Source: Escherichia phage slur16
Sequence record: NC_028248.1
Reading direction: 5' to 3' (one strand)
DNA length: 64,000 bases
Shown: in pieces, positions 18,477-28,092 of the stretch
Position numbering within the stretch: the stretch's first letter is position 1
Layout: each line of letters starts with the position of its first letter
Position numbers and translations under genes: made by a program
Notes under the pieces: model-generated
The model's input: the letters and a program-made list of their open reading frames with translations, nothing else
The model's database searches: none
What the model was told of the DNA's origin: nothing

Positions 18477-18950
18477 TTAGATAATACCTGCAAGACCTGC
18501 GAGGCCAGTAAGAGCACCAGTGATGTTATCACGGTTGAGCCATGCATCCAGAATACCGATATCCCAGTCCAGCTGACCTACTTCGGTTCCGTAAGTCAGG
18601 TCAGGCTGTTTCTGGATCCAACCAATTGTGGAAATACCAGGGCCCTGGCTACCTTCCAGCAGAACCGGGAAGAATACCAGGCCAGTAATCGATGCCTGTT
18701 TCTGCCAGTCAGAAAGGTAAGCGTTCCATACAGAAGTGTTCTGCAAAGATACAGTCATAACACCAGATTGGTTACGAGACAGGGCAGCAGACATTTCGCC
18801 ATCCACACCAACGTGAGGGTAGATGTTGTCTTCGTTTCTTGAAACAACGATCTTGGTGTCAGCAGCGAAGCCAGTGACACGCTGCTGCATCAGATACAGT
18901 TTGACCTTTTTAGGATCATAAGCATAAGGAGTTAAAATTTGAGTTTCCAT
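18477..18950 (-). CDS. Tail tube protein (contractile-tail type)
   Basis: 157-aa ORF directly downstream of the putative sheath gene; size and position typical of myovirus tube proteins. Confidence 0.5.
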   Translation of the reverse strand: METQILTPYAYDPKKVKLYLMQQRVTGFAADTKIVVSRNEDNIYPHVGVDGEMSAALSRNQSGVMTVSLQNTSVWNAYLSDWQKQASITGLVFFPVLLEGSQGPGISTIGWIQKQPDLTYGTEVGQLDWDIGILDAWLNRDNITGALTGLAGLAGII

Positions 18951-18960
18951 CTAGTCTTCC

Positions 18961-20337
18961 TTATTCAGTCATTGCAACAGCATTGGTGGATTTAGAACCA
19001 ACTTTGTCCAGAAGGACGTTGATCCGGATACGAACGAAGTGCAGGGCGTTGTTATACACCAGTTCTACTTTCACACCTTCCAGAACACGAGCAGCCAACT
19101 GATTGGTTGGAATCTCTGCACGTTTAGGAACTGTGATGATCGGGTCGTAGAACACATTGTTGTCTTCGTCAAAACCTGTCAGGATCGCACCATTCTTAAT
19201 GCCAGTGTTGATTGGGTTGTTCATCAGGACAGACTTGATAACCGGAAGATCATCATCAGACATCTTCATGCTTAAACCCATGTTGGAGCGACGATGCATG
19301 TACCCAAACATAGATTCTTCAGATCTGAACTTGATCCAGTGTGCAAAACGAATAGCGTCTGCATACTGACCTGAAGCACACTTACCTTCCCAGAAAGCGC
19401 CAACACCGTTAATCATTCTGTAGAAGTTAACGTGGTTTTCCCAAATAGCCATACGCTGAGTTAAAGTCAGAGACGGTGCAATCACACCTGGCATCTGTTT
19501 TAAGTGCAAGCTGTCGCCGTAGGACGGATCGTTGGATGCCATAGCACCTATGATACCACCCTCCGGGAAGTCCTTATCTGCACGAGGATCGTACATGCCA
19601 ACACTGTCATATTGTGCAGCTTTCAGTTTGGTAGCGATGTTACTATCTTTGCCAGTCACATCTTCTGCAGTAGAGTAGACGTGCAGCTTGTAGTTGGCCT
19701 GAGCCCACTTAGCACATGCTTCAATGTCGGTGTGGTCTTCATGGCACAGGAAGTACCAATTGTCCCGCTCAGCATTGATCTTATCAACTACTGTAGAAGG
19801 TTTTTCAGCATTGGCGATATTTTTAATTGTATAGTTACCAGTATGATAACCTACAGTGCAGTCACCAGTGATGGTGATAACACCGTCTTCAGCCGCTACA
19901 GTGATATCGTCCAAGTTATCATCTGCTTCGATTTTAGTCTTCATGGACTCTGCGATCTGAGTTGCAGCTGTCCCACCAGAGATAGGAACTATCAAAGAGG
20001 TATTGTAGCCACCTTTTGCAATAGTCATTACTACATCGGTATCAGCTGCGGCAGCAATACCTTTAAAATCTACAGTGGTTTTTTCTTTGGCCTGTCTGCC
20101 GATCATAACATATTGTGGAGGGAATACACCACCAAAAGCTTTTGCTGCAAACTCATACGCTGCAGAGCCTTGTGCGAAACCATCTTCCACCATCTGATCC
20201 AGCTCCGCATATACGCGAGCTCGCTCAGTAAAGTTGTTGTGGATAGCGATGAACAGGGGAGTTTCGAAACCTACAGTGTCAATAGGTTGGGTTCCGAGGT
20301 TAACTGTAACATCTACCACTTTATCTAAATATGGCAT
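18961..20337 (-). CDS. Tail sheath protein (putative)
   Basis: 458-aa ORF preceding the tube gene; assignment by size and gene order. A siphovirus-type major tail protein cannot be excluded. Confidence 0.45.
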   Translation of the reverse strand: MPYLDKVVDVTVNLGTQPIDTVGFETPLFIAIHNNFTERARVYAELDQMVEDGFAQGSAAYEFAAKAFGGVFPPQYVMIGRQAKEKTTVDFKGIAAAADTDVVMTIAKGGYNTSLIVPISGGTAATQIAESMKTKIEADDNLDDITVAAEDGVITITGDCTVGYHTGNYTIKNIANAEKPSTVVDKINAERDNWYFLCHEDHTDIEACAKWAQANYKLHVYSTAEDVTGKDSNIATKLKAAQYDSVGMYDPRADKDFPEGGIIGAMASNDPSYGDSLHLKQMPGVIAPSLTLTQRMAIWENHVNFYRMINGVGAFWEGKCASGQYADAIRFAHWIKFRSEESMFGYMHRRSNMGLSMKMSDDDLPVIKSVLMNNPINTGIKNGAILTGFDEDNNVFYDPIITVPKRAEIPTNQLAARVLEGVKVELVYNNALHFVRIRINVLLDKVGSKSTNAVAMTE

Positions 20338-20409
20338 TTGTTTCCTCTTAATATCTGTGCACGGATATCAAACACGCAGTGTAATCATTACACTACACAA
20401 TTATAACGA

Positions 20410-20961
20410 TTACTGACCACTGTCTGTAACCGATTTATCAGAATTGGGTGAAGGGAAGTGTGTGGTTATTTCAGCCTTAATTCCCTGAAGATCCTCAAAA
20501 GCCCCAATGTCTGTCTCAACAAACCTTACGTTAAATGTCAGCATTACCGTGGCTCTATTTTCATACGTCTGCTTATTCAACGGCACTCTTTGAGGTGAGA
20601 TTGTTGAATTGTTAGAGTAGGCAAAGCACGATCCCAGAGGGAAATACTTGTCATAAAACATTGGAAGGTTTATTGCTTGCAATACTCTGCTAAGTGCAGC
20701 ATATGCCCTGCCGCGATAAGCTGTTAACAGATAAGTAACAGTGTAACTGTGGGTGACGTAAGCATTACCTTCCGCATCTTGAAACTCATTATCTTCCCAA
20801 GTGGTGGGATTGATCGCCAGGGTTTGCAAAAGTACAAACTCACCTTCCGGCTTCGGTATGGTAGAGCTTTCTGCCAGAACTACAGTTCTTCCTGTGGCAA
20901 CCTTGACAAGCTTAGCGATGGTTGTTTCAAGATCAGAAAAAACTTTTTCGAAAGCTTCCAT
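20410..20961 (-). CDS. Hypothetical structural protein (neck / tail completion region)
   Basis: 183-aa ORF between head and tail modules. Confidence 0.3.
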   Translation of the reverse strand: MEAFEKVFSDLETTIAKLVKVATGRTVVLAESSTIPKPEGEFVLLQTLAINPTTWEDNEFQDAEGNAYVTHSYTVTYLLTAYRGRAYAALSRVLQAINLPMFYDKYFPLGSCFAYSNNSTISPQRVPLNKQTYENRATVMLTFNVRFVETDIGAFEDLQGIKAEITTHFPSPNSDKSVTDSGQ

Positions 20962-21386
20962 CAGTTTTCTCCTTCAGGCTCTTCTACCACAAAAAATCTA
21001 TATCTTCCACCACCAGACGTGACATAAGCATCACATTTTAAAACGGTAAACCACTTCAGGTCACCACGGATGTCAGGCAGTTGAATTTGATCAGCCATTG
21101 CATATGTTCCTTCGTCTGGACTATACAACTTGGTTGAGGAGTAAACTGTAAAAGCCTCGTACTGTCTGTCACCCTCAGGATTTATCTGGGAGGAGTAATC
21201 TTTAGCTGCCCTTCCTGTCAACGGCTGCACAACACACTCTAAGACATCAAACTCTTCATACTCAAGTTCTAACCCCTCGTTGGCAAAAGGGCCACCAACT
21301 GTTTTGTTATACACTCTGTGGCGACCTTTGAATGTTTTACGAGGTATTAGTCTGTTCTTTCCTATCAGCTTATAACCTGCTGCCAC
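20961..21386 (-). CDS. Hypothetical structural protein (head-tail joining region)
   Basis: 141-aa ORF with 1-nt overlap to neighbour. Confidence 0.3.
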   Translation of the reverse strand: MAAGYKLIGKNRLIPRKTFKGRHRVYNKTVGGPFANEGLELEYEEFDVLECVVQPLTGRAAKDYSSQINPEGDRQYEAFTVYSSTKLYSPDEGTYAMADQIQLPDIRGDLKWFTVLKCDAYVTSGGGRYRFFVVEEPEGEN

Positions 21387-21402
21387 TCAACCCCCCTTAT
21401 TT

Positions 21403-21873
21403 TTACTGTCCGATTTTAAAGGTTGCAGATTCAAGCAGCACATCGTAATGCCGCATAGCCTCGTTGAAGCCTTTCTCTTGTGCCCACTGCTCGCTAACAG
21501 TAGGATTACTAAACTGCCCAGCCTCAATAACAAACTGGATAGCTTTGGCCCCTGTGTCCCCCATCTGCTTAAGAATAGCCTCTGCACTCGATCCCCTAGC
21601 CATAGCTCTCAACAATTTTTCTGTCAAGGTCTGTAGTTGAGTACTATGAAATGCAAAAGCTGTCTCCATGAAATTGCGAACAGGCAGCCCGTTCCAACCG
21701 AAGTTGTGAATGGCTGCCAATGTTGCCATATTTAAGCCTGACGGGTGAGGTTCGTCATAAAAGCCGTAGGTTATTGTTTTACTTTCAAGTCTCACAAGCT
21801 CTTTGTAGAAGCGATCTAAACGCTTTAGGTTGAACCTTGTTTGACATTTAACCTTTAGCATTATATCCCTCAC
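21403..21873 (-). CDS. Hypothetical structural protein
   Basis: 156-aa ORF. Confidence 0.3.
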   Translation of the reverse strand: MRDIMLKVKCQTRFNLKRLDRFYKELVRLESKTITYGFYDEPHPSGLNMATLAAIHNFGWNGLPVRNFMETAFAFHSTQLQTLTEKLLRAMARGSSAEAILKQMGDTGAKAIQFVIEAGQFSNPTVSEQWAQEKGFNEAMRHYDVLLESATFKIGQ

Positions 21874-21914
21874 TAATGTATTTTACCACAAAGATGCATC
21901 AAAAGCAACAATTT

Positions 21915-22592
21915 TTAAAAACTGCGTTTGCGTCTTGGGTGGCGAGGAGGTTGGTTATTTAGACCACTGATAGGTGTAATCCCCTGGACATCGAACGGTC
22001 CGTTGCTGTTTTCATTAAATTTAACCCGAATTCCTTCGTCTACACGAACACCACCAATGATAATCATTCTGCTGTAAGCATCTAACTCAGAATCTACATA
22101 GTCTGGGTGTGCCAGCAGCCAATCAAGAAAATCCTTCCATTGGGCGTAGGAAGATCCACCACGAATCTCTATGGTCTCATCACCTATTTTTTCCAGACGG
22201 GAAGTTATACTTGCATTACCACTGGACACTTCCTGCATCATCAGCCACCGCACAAGTTGCACAAGAACATTGTACTTAAGCAGCGGTAGCTTATCAGGAT
22301 CTGCCGGATAATTTAGTTTCAACTTCTCCATGTCAAGGAATGTTTTAATTACCTCATCAGGGAGAGTTTCCTCATCAACATTGCCAAGCAATAACCTCAT
22401 AATATCAATAAGAGGTTGGTCTGGATCAGGTTCCGGAGGCACAGGATCTTCTTTTGGTGGTTCTTCTGGGGTATCGACTACACCATCATGGTTAGGCGGT
22501 GACGGGATAATCTCTTCATCTTCATACCATGCCATTTGAAAATACCTCGTAAAAATAAAGCCCCATTCCTGATTTGGAAGGGGCCTTAACAA
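21915..22592 (-). CDS. Hypothetical structural protein
   Basis: 225-aa ORF with acidic/Pro-rich N-terminus. Confidence 0.3.
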   Translation of the reverse strand: MLRPLPNQEWGFIFTRYFQMAWYEDEEIIPSPPNHDGVVDTPEEPPKEDPVPPEPDPDQPLIDIMRLLLGNVDEETLPDEVIKTFLDMEKLKLNYPADPDKLPLLKYNVLVQLVRWLMMQEVSSGNASITSRLEKIGDETIEIRGGSSYAQWKDFLDWLLAHPDYVDSELDAYSRMIIIGGVRVDEGIRVKFNENSNGPFDVQGITPISGLNNQPPRHPRRKRSF

Positions 22593-22594
22593 AA

Positions 22595-23422
22595 TTATGC
22601 CAGTGCAGCCTCAAAATCTTTCATCATATTTTGGAAAGTTTTTGCCTTACTTAAGGTAACACCGTACTCTTTAGCGAAGGTTTGGAGTGCATCTTTTGAA
22701 CCACTTTTGTCATCTTCGTTGTTAAGAGCTGCGGCCTGTTTAAGGATTTCATCCTTATTCTCAACGGCTACAAATGAGGAAGAGGATACAGTCACATCTT
22801 GCGGATCTGCTACAGTAACTTCACCGTCACCACCAGGTTCAGTAGGACCTACAGGTGGCTCCGGCTCTGGTTCAGGCGGTGGAGCTATCGTAGAGACCAG
22901 TCCAAGATTTACAACCTGAGAACGTTTCTTAGGCCACTCAATGGTGAAAGTTTGGGTATCTTCTTCATAAACAATGTTGCATTGCTCATCGTTTATGGTC
23001 ACTTTTTTAGGCATCCCTACAGGGTCCCATAGATGGCCCTCTGCCACGGAAACTTGGAAAGCCGCATCTACCTCTTTAAACACTGACGGGGTGAGTGTGA
23101 TATTGACATCCCCGCTTTGCAGTGTTAAAGTGCTTTCATCAAGGTTCTCTGTGAAGAACAGAAGAATAACACCCATACGGATAGTTGAAATACCAGTATC
23201 AATTGGCAGGCCTGTGTGTTTTGCAATCTTCTCGAAGAAGTCTACAATCGTTCTGCACGGATAGTGAACACTGCCAATAACGAATTCTGTTGGTGGCAGC
23301 AGGGCTGATAAACCAACATTGATTTCTGGATTGTATTGTGATAAAAATTGATAAAAACTTAACTGATTGTTGAAAACTCTTAATAGAGGATCATACTCGA
23401 CTGGATATACAGCTCTCTTCAC
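22595..23422 (-). CDS. Hypothetical structural protein
   Basis: 275-aa ORF with a PPPEPEPEPP linker; downstream of the capsid gene and its terminator. Confidence 0.3.
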   Translation of the reverse strand: MKRAVYPVEYDPLLRVFNNQLSFYQFLSQYNPEINVGLSALLPPTEFVIGSVHYPCRTIVDFFEKIAKHTGLPIDTGISTIRMGVILLFFTENLDESTLTLQSGDVNITLTPSVFKEVDAAFQVSVAEGHLWDPVGMPKKVTINDEQCNIVYEEDTQTFTIEWPKKRSQVVNLGLVSTIAPPPEPEPEPPVGPTEPGGDGEVTVADPQDVTVSSSSFVAVENKDEILKQAAALNNEDDKSGSKDALQTFAKEYGVTLSKAKTFQNMMKDFEAALA

Positions 23423-23445
23423 GGGACACTCCTGTTAAACCCTAA

Positions 23446-23478
23446 TAAATAAAAAGGGGAGGGGAGAACCCCCTCCCC
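23446..23478 (-). terminator. Rho-independent terminator downstream of the major capsid gene
   Basis: Minus-strand hairpin GGGGAGGGG-GUUCU-CCCCUCCCC (plus 23456-23478) followed by UUUUUAUUUAUU. Confidence 0.65.
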
Positions 23479-23502
23479 ATATGGGATGAATCACCTTAGT
23501 GA

Positions 23503-24510
23503 TTATTCACTTTTCAGAGTTACTTTAACAACCAGCTCTGGACGGGTGTTAACTGCCAGCATAGAAGTTTCAGATTCAATCTTCTCTTCACGCAGGTATG
23601 CAGAGTGTTTATACCACATGTACAGTTCCTGTGCTGGAGTGTTTGCTTCGTTAACATCGTCTGCCGGAGCAAAGTGCAGCTGGAACATCTGATCAATACC
23701 CATCGGCAGAATGCGAGCTTCTTTCTTAGGAATATTGCCAGAGATATCTTCGATAAAGGTGATACCTTTATGCTCAAACACACGGTATACGCTGTCTTGA
23801 CCGCCAGCACCCAGACGGCGACGCAGAGGTTCCTGAGCAGAGCCGTAATAGGTGTATGCCAGTTCTACCAGCGGGTGATGAGTAACAGCACTGAAGAACT
23901 CCGGTGAGCACAGGGCTACAATGCGATAGCCAGCTGCGTTATCACCAGCTTGCAGTGCGATGTGCAGACGAGCTTCTTCCAGAACCTCCATAGGATCCTG
24001 ATCTGCTTTTGCAGGGTCGATCTCAACAGACTTCTGAGACACACCCCACAGAGTGTAGTAATCATACTGGCAGGTAGCGTCACCAGGTGCATAGGATTTA
24101 CCCAGAATAGCCTGGAACAGCGCTTTCTCACGCAGTGCTTCATGGGAAACACGGATACGGCGAACAACGCGGGTCACTACGTCCTGAACAGTTTTCGGAG
24201 CATCAGGGGTGAAGTAACGACGGAAGTTCTGGACATCTGCAGCAGTGATGCCTTTATCCAGAGGGAAGAACGGGATGTTCAGGTTTTTAACCTGAGCACG
24301 TTCATTACCAACGTAGTTACGCTCACCACCACGACGGCGTGCTGGAATGTCGGTTACAACTTCATCAACACGCTCAATCTGAGCAATTGTTGAGGTGCCG
24401 AGACGAGTTTCGAACAGATCCATACCGGTAATCAGGCGAAATTGACGCGGAACAAGGTCCAGAGTAGCACCTAAATCGACAATGCCAAATTCATCTTTAC
24501 GAGTAATCAT
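23503..24510 (-). CDS. Major capsid protein
   Basis: 335-aa ORF downstream of portal-protease-scaffold-small head protein, followed by a strong terminator. Confidence 0.6.
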   Translation of the reverse strand: MITRKDEFGIVDLGATLDLVPRQFRLITGMDLFETRLGTSTIAQIERVDEVVTDIPARRRGGERNYVGNERAQVKNLNIPFFPLDKGITAADVQNFRRYFTPDAPKTVQDVVTRVVRRIRVSHEALREKALFQAILGKSYAPGDATCQYDYYTLWGVSQKSVEIDPAKADQDPMEVLEEARLHIALQAGDNAAGYRIVALCSPEFFSAVTHHPLVELAYTYYGSAQEPLRRRLGAGGQDSVYRVFEHKGITFIEDISGNIPKKEARILPMGIDQMFQLHFAPADDVNEANTPAQELYMWYKHSAYLREEKIESETSMLAVNTRPELVVKVTLKSE

Positions 24511-24562
24511 TTATTTCTCCAAAGTAAAACTTAAATATTTTTCCCGAACAATTTAGGGCTTA

Positions 24563-24949
24563 TTATTCACCAATAGTCTGGACGTGAACTTTGTTACCTA
24601 AAGCTTCCAACTTATCCAGAATTCTTTGGTCTGCTTTAGCTCCATCTGCACCTAACAGCATGTCTTTTGCAAAGGTGACACCATGGACGGCAACAACCAG
24701 GTTATAGGATTGTCCTACTTCTAACGGTTTTGCAAGATGAACCGTACCAGCATCTTTGACAAGAGCACGGTCAACAAGAACGCCGTACACATCAGAACCG
24801 TCTGCGTTAGCGATGGTCCCGGTTTTTGTTACAACAGTGCCAGCGTGGTGATGCTCTGTCAGTGTTACCTTAATCTCTTTAAAATTGTAGCCAGCATCGC
24901 TAGAATCAACTTTGCCGAGCACGATATCAGAATATTGAGCGGTAATCAT
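24563..24949 (-). CDS. Small head protein (decoration-like), hypothetical
   Basis: 128-aa ORF between scaffold and capsid genes, the position lambda gpD occupies. Confidence 0.35.
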   Translation of the reverse strand: MITAQYSDIVLGKVDSSDAGYNFKEIKVTLTEHHHAGTVVTKTGTIANADGSDVYGVLVDRALVKDAGTVHLAKPLEVGQSYNLVVAVHGVTFAKDMLLGADGAKADQRILDKLEALGNKVHVQTIGE

Positions 24950-24969
24950 TTATTTCCCCCGTTAATGTC

Positions 24970-25947
24970 TTATTTGTTAGATTCTGCACGTGCACGAGCA
25001 AGTGCTTTTGCAACGTTTTCAGCAAGAATTTCTTCTGCGGATTTTGCAATATCATCCACAACAGGTTCGCCATCATTACCATGTTCAGTGGTGGCAAACT
25101 CTTCTTTGGTTTTATGCACCTCTGCTTCCAGCTCTTCAATTTTTGCTTGAGCTTTCTCCAGCATAGCTACGATAGGTTCGTTAGCTTTTTCCAGCATGAA
25201 GTCAACTAGGGTTGCATGATCTTCTTCACCAACAAAGCTTAAAGCTTGAGCCTTAGTCAGCATTTTAGCTTTTTCAACTTCAACCTGGGCCTTGATGATT
25301 TCTTCAGCTTTACTCTGGGTTGCTTTCAGCTCTTCTACTTGCTTCAGCAGATCCAGATACTCTTTAGTTTTGGTTACGTCCACCGGATTCTCCTCGGTAT
25401 TTGCGGATTTTGCAACATCATCCACCTCGGCAGTTTTATCCACCTCAGCAGGTTCCTGTACCGCCTTGATCAGGTTCCCTTCTTTATCGAAGAGATCAGC
25501 GGTTACTTGTTCAAAAATCTGTTGTGTTTTTAACAGGCTGTACTGATCTACCACGCTAAGCTGCTTACCTTCTTTTGCAGCTTTATGAATGGTCACGTTA
25601 TCACAACGCTCTTCCAGCCATGCAATACAAGACTCTGCGTCAGCTTGCGCCCATTCCCAATCAGGATGCTCTTTGGCCCAAGCCTCCTCTTCAATCTCAA
25701 AACCAAGCATGTGTGCAAGTGCTTTAGCATCATCATACCACATATCGAAGAAACGACGCAGGTATTCTTCAAAACTAAGCTCCACAGTAACTTGGCGAAG
25801 TGCCTTAACAATATCGTCTGTTAACTGCTCAGGCTTAAGATCACTCTTCATCAAAAGAGATACAGGTCTGTTGTTAGCGCTATAGCCTTGCGCCTTATGG
25901 CACAGGGCAATCCCCTTCTCTTTAATAGTAATCGTTTTTTCAGACAT
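24970..25947 (-). CDS. Scaffolding protein (putative)
   Basis: 325-aa acidic protein with a long Glu/Lys/Ala-rich coiled-coil C-terminal half, between protease and capsid genes. Confidence 0.45.
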   Translation of the reverse strand: MSEKTITIKEKGIALCHKAQGYSANNRPVSLLMKSDLKPEQLTDDIVKALRQVTVELSFEEYLRRFFDMWYDDAKALAHMLGFEIEEEAWAKEHPDWEWAQADAESCIAWLEERCDNVTIHKAAKEGKQLSVVDQYSLLKTQQIFEQVTADLFDKEGNLIKAVQEPAEVDKTAEVDDVAKSANTEENPVDVTKTKEYLDLLKQVEELKATQSKAEEIIKAQVEVEKAKMLTKAQALSFVGEEDHATLVDFMLEKANEPIVAMLEKAQAKIEELEAEVHKTKEEFATTEHGNDGEPVVDDIAKSAEEILAENVAKALARARAESNK

Positions 25948-26378
25948 TATTCATTGCCCTCTTCTACAACACTGATCCCGAAGTTTACGTTGGTAATTTC
26001 ACCAGTTTCTTCATCAACATTACCTGTTGCCTGAATGCTTAGGCCACCAACAATGCCAGCCTTCTTAGCTTCCCATAATTCAGGATTATTGTATTTAACT
26101 TTAGCAACCCAAGAGCCAGCCTTGATGACCTGCTCAGTGCCAATTACTACAACATCAAACTCTTCTTGAATCCACGTCTTTTCAATAGTGAAAGCATCTG
26201 TAGAGGTCAAGTGAAAAAGGTTTTCAGAAACTAGGCCTGCGGCGTATGCTGCGTCCCAGTTATCTTTAGCCTTTTTGATGGTGTCTTTACTCATCCACTC
26301 ACCGTGAGCATCTTTAGTGTCAGGCTCGTAGATGATTTCGTAGGAAATCATTTCTTCCTGTGGCATCTTATTCCCCAT
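25947..26378 (-). CDS. Prohead protease-like protein (XkdF-like), start trimmed to internal Met
   Basis: Track ORF 25947-26522 overlaps the portal 3' end; the internal ATG at 26378 gives a ~143-aa protein (EPDTKDAHGEWMSKD...) in the protease position of the head module. Confidence 0.4.
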   Translation of the reverse strand: MGNKMPQEEMISYEIIYEPDTKDAHGEWMSKDTIKKAKDNWDAAYAAGLVSENLFHLTSTDAFTIEKTWIQEEFDVVVIGTEQVIKAGSWVAKVKYNNPELWEAKKAGIVGGLSIQATGNVDEETGEITNVNFGISVVEEGNE

Positions 26379-26433
26379 GTGGATTATTTTATCACGCCAA
26401 AGGAGGTTTTGCAACCCCCTGTGTTGATAATTT

Positions 26434-27990
26434 TTAATTTTCCATGTTGGATATGGAATTATCTCTGGTTGATGACATCTTAGAAGTGCCGTTGCCAGTG
26501 GATCCTGCAGCCATTCCATCACCAGCCCTACTAATGTCCTGGCCCAAGAGCTTCATCAGCTCTTCCTGATCCATGTCCTCGTCAAATCTTTCATCAAACC
26601 CGCCTACTTCAAGAATCTTATTAATTACTGCAGGAGTTTTTGGCAAGTAACCTACAGCACCGATCCTCTGGACAAACTTGGAGAAGCTCTCCATATCCAC
26701 TTCTTCAATCAGACCAGGTTTCAGTTTAGGCATATCATCATCTTCAAGGATGATACCATTCAATGCCAGAAGCTGCGGAATAAGATCTTTATTGAAGGCC
26801 TCAGTGATAATATCTATATCACGCTGAACAAAATGACCATGGATAGACTGTTTTGACTCAGACAGAGAGAAGGACCCAACGTTATCGTTACCGAGGTTAA
26901 TAAAGCCAGCACCGAAACGGTCAAGAATCGCCTTCTTACGGGCATCAATCAAATCTTTAGTGGAATACTGCTTACCCATACCGTCAACCCCCTTCAGGGT
27001 CATGGAGTAAAGCTCTTTACCAGACTTATCTCTATCAGACGGAAGTATAAAGAAACTTTGCTCACCACTATGGGCGTTTGCTGCGTCAAGCATAAGGTCT
27101 GCAACCATTCTCCCTTCCATTGAATTCGGGTCAATGCTGGCCTTGTTCAAAATATTGGAAGGAATTTTCAGCTCAAGCACACCACCAAGGTCTTTGGAAC
27201 AGCCAACAACCTCAAGGTTTTCAATCAGAACTTTCTCACGGAAAGATCTGTAGCAACCTATCATCGGTGACACACCTGCAGGGTTAGATTCTGTTCCTGA
27301 CAGGGTCATGAGCATAAGCTTTTTAGCAGGGATGAAAATTTCAGGCTCATTAAAGCCTTTTGAAGGCATTGCAGCAAGAGGTCCAGCCCAGCGTGCATTC
27401 TGAGTGTTTAGAAATGCATTAGGTGATTGATAAATACCTGTCAGTGTTCTACTATTCTTGTCAAAGACAAACGGCTCTGATCTGGACAAACTGGCCTGAG
27501 GTCGGAATGCAATTTTATCAATAAGAAGCATCCCGGCATATTTACCTTCTTTCTCTCTGCGGTATACTTTCTCAAACAGTGAAAAACCATACTCGTTAAA
27601 GGTAGCTGCACTTCTTGCAATATCTCGAAGAGTTTGTTGGTTTGCCAAATTACGCAAAGAATACTCTATAAGCTCGGCAGCTTTCTTAGAGTCTTCACTT
27701 TTAACATTATAAAGGATCTTAAAATCATTAAATGCTTTCGTGATGAAAACATATTTTGTATCTAAGGCAGTAGCAACTGTGGAATCACATTTCATAGTCT
27801 CCACTGTAGCAATCAGCTGAGGCCAACGCAATTCCTCAACCATCATAGATTGCGATTCTGCCATAATTTGGGAAAGTGCGCCAGAACCGATCTCACTCAT
27901 ACGAACATTATGAGTTGGTGCGCCTGCGTTCCCAGATTTATTCACAGTTTTGGCTGTGGCGTTGTGTTTCCTGCGGTTCTTTTTGGACAC
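26434..27990 (-). CDS. Portal protein
   Basis: 518-aa ORF immediately downstream of the terminase large subunit gene and upstream of protease/scaffold/capsid. Confidence 0.6.
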   Translation of the reverse strand: MSKKNRRKHNATAKTVNKSGNAGAPTHNVRMSEIGSGALSQIMAESQSMMVEELRWPQLIATVETMKCDSTVATALDTKYVFITKAFNDFKILYNVKSEDSKKAAELIEYSLRNLANQQTLRDIARSAATFNEYGFSLFEKVYRREKEGKYAGMLLIDKIAFRPQASLSRSEPFVFDKNSRTLTGIYQSPNAFLNTQNARWAGPLAAMPSKGFNEPEIFIPAKKLMLMTLSGTESNPAGVSPMIGCYRSFREKVLIENLEVVGCSKDLGGVLELKIPSNILNKASIDPNSMEGRMVADLMLDAANAHSGEQSFFILPSDRDKSGKELYSMTLKGVDGMGKQYSTKDLIDARKKAILDRFGAGFINLGNDNVGSFSLSESKQSIHGHFVQRDIDIITEAFNKDLIPQLLALNGIILEDDDMPKLKPGLIEEVDMESFSKFVQRIGAVGYLPKTPAVINKILEVGGFDERFDEDMDQEELMKLLGQDISRAGDGMAAGSTGNGTSKMSSTRDNSISNMEN

Positions 27991-28009
27991 AAGCTTTACC
28001 CCTCAAAAC

Positions 28010-28043
28010 AGTATAACAAAATAGCCCTCGTGTTAGAGGGCTA
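28010..28043 (-). terminator. Terminator-like hairpin between terminase and portal genes
   Basis: Minus-strand hairpin UAGCCCUC-UAACAC-GAGGGCUA (plus 28022-28043) followed by UUUUGUUAUACUGUUUUG. Confidence 0.45.
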
Positions 28044-28092
28044 GTATCTCCGATTACTCTATTCTACCACATCTAATTAAGATTGGCAACAC

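Noticed and set aside
19504-20328. 274-aa plus-strand ORF
   Set aside because: Fully antisense to the 458-aa sheath-like gene; Cys/Ser/Phe-rich translation typical of a shadow ORF.
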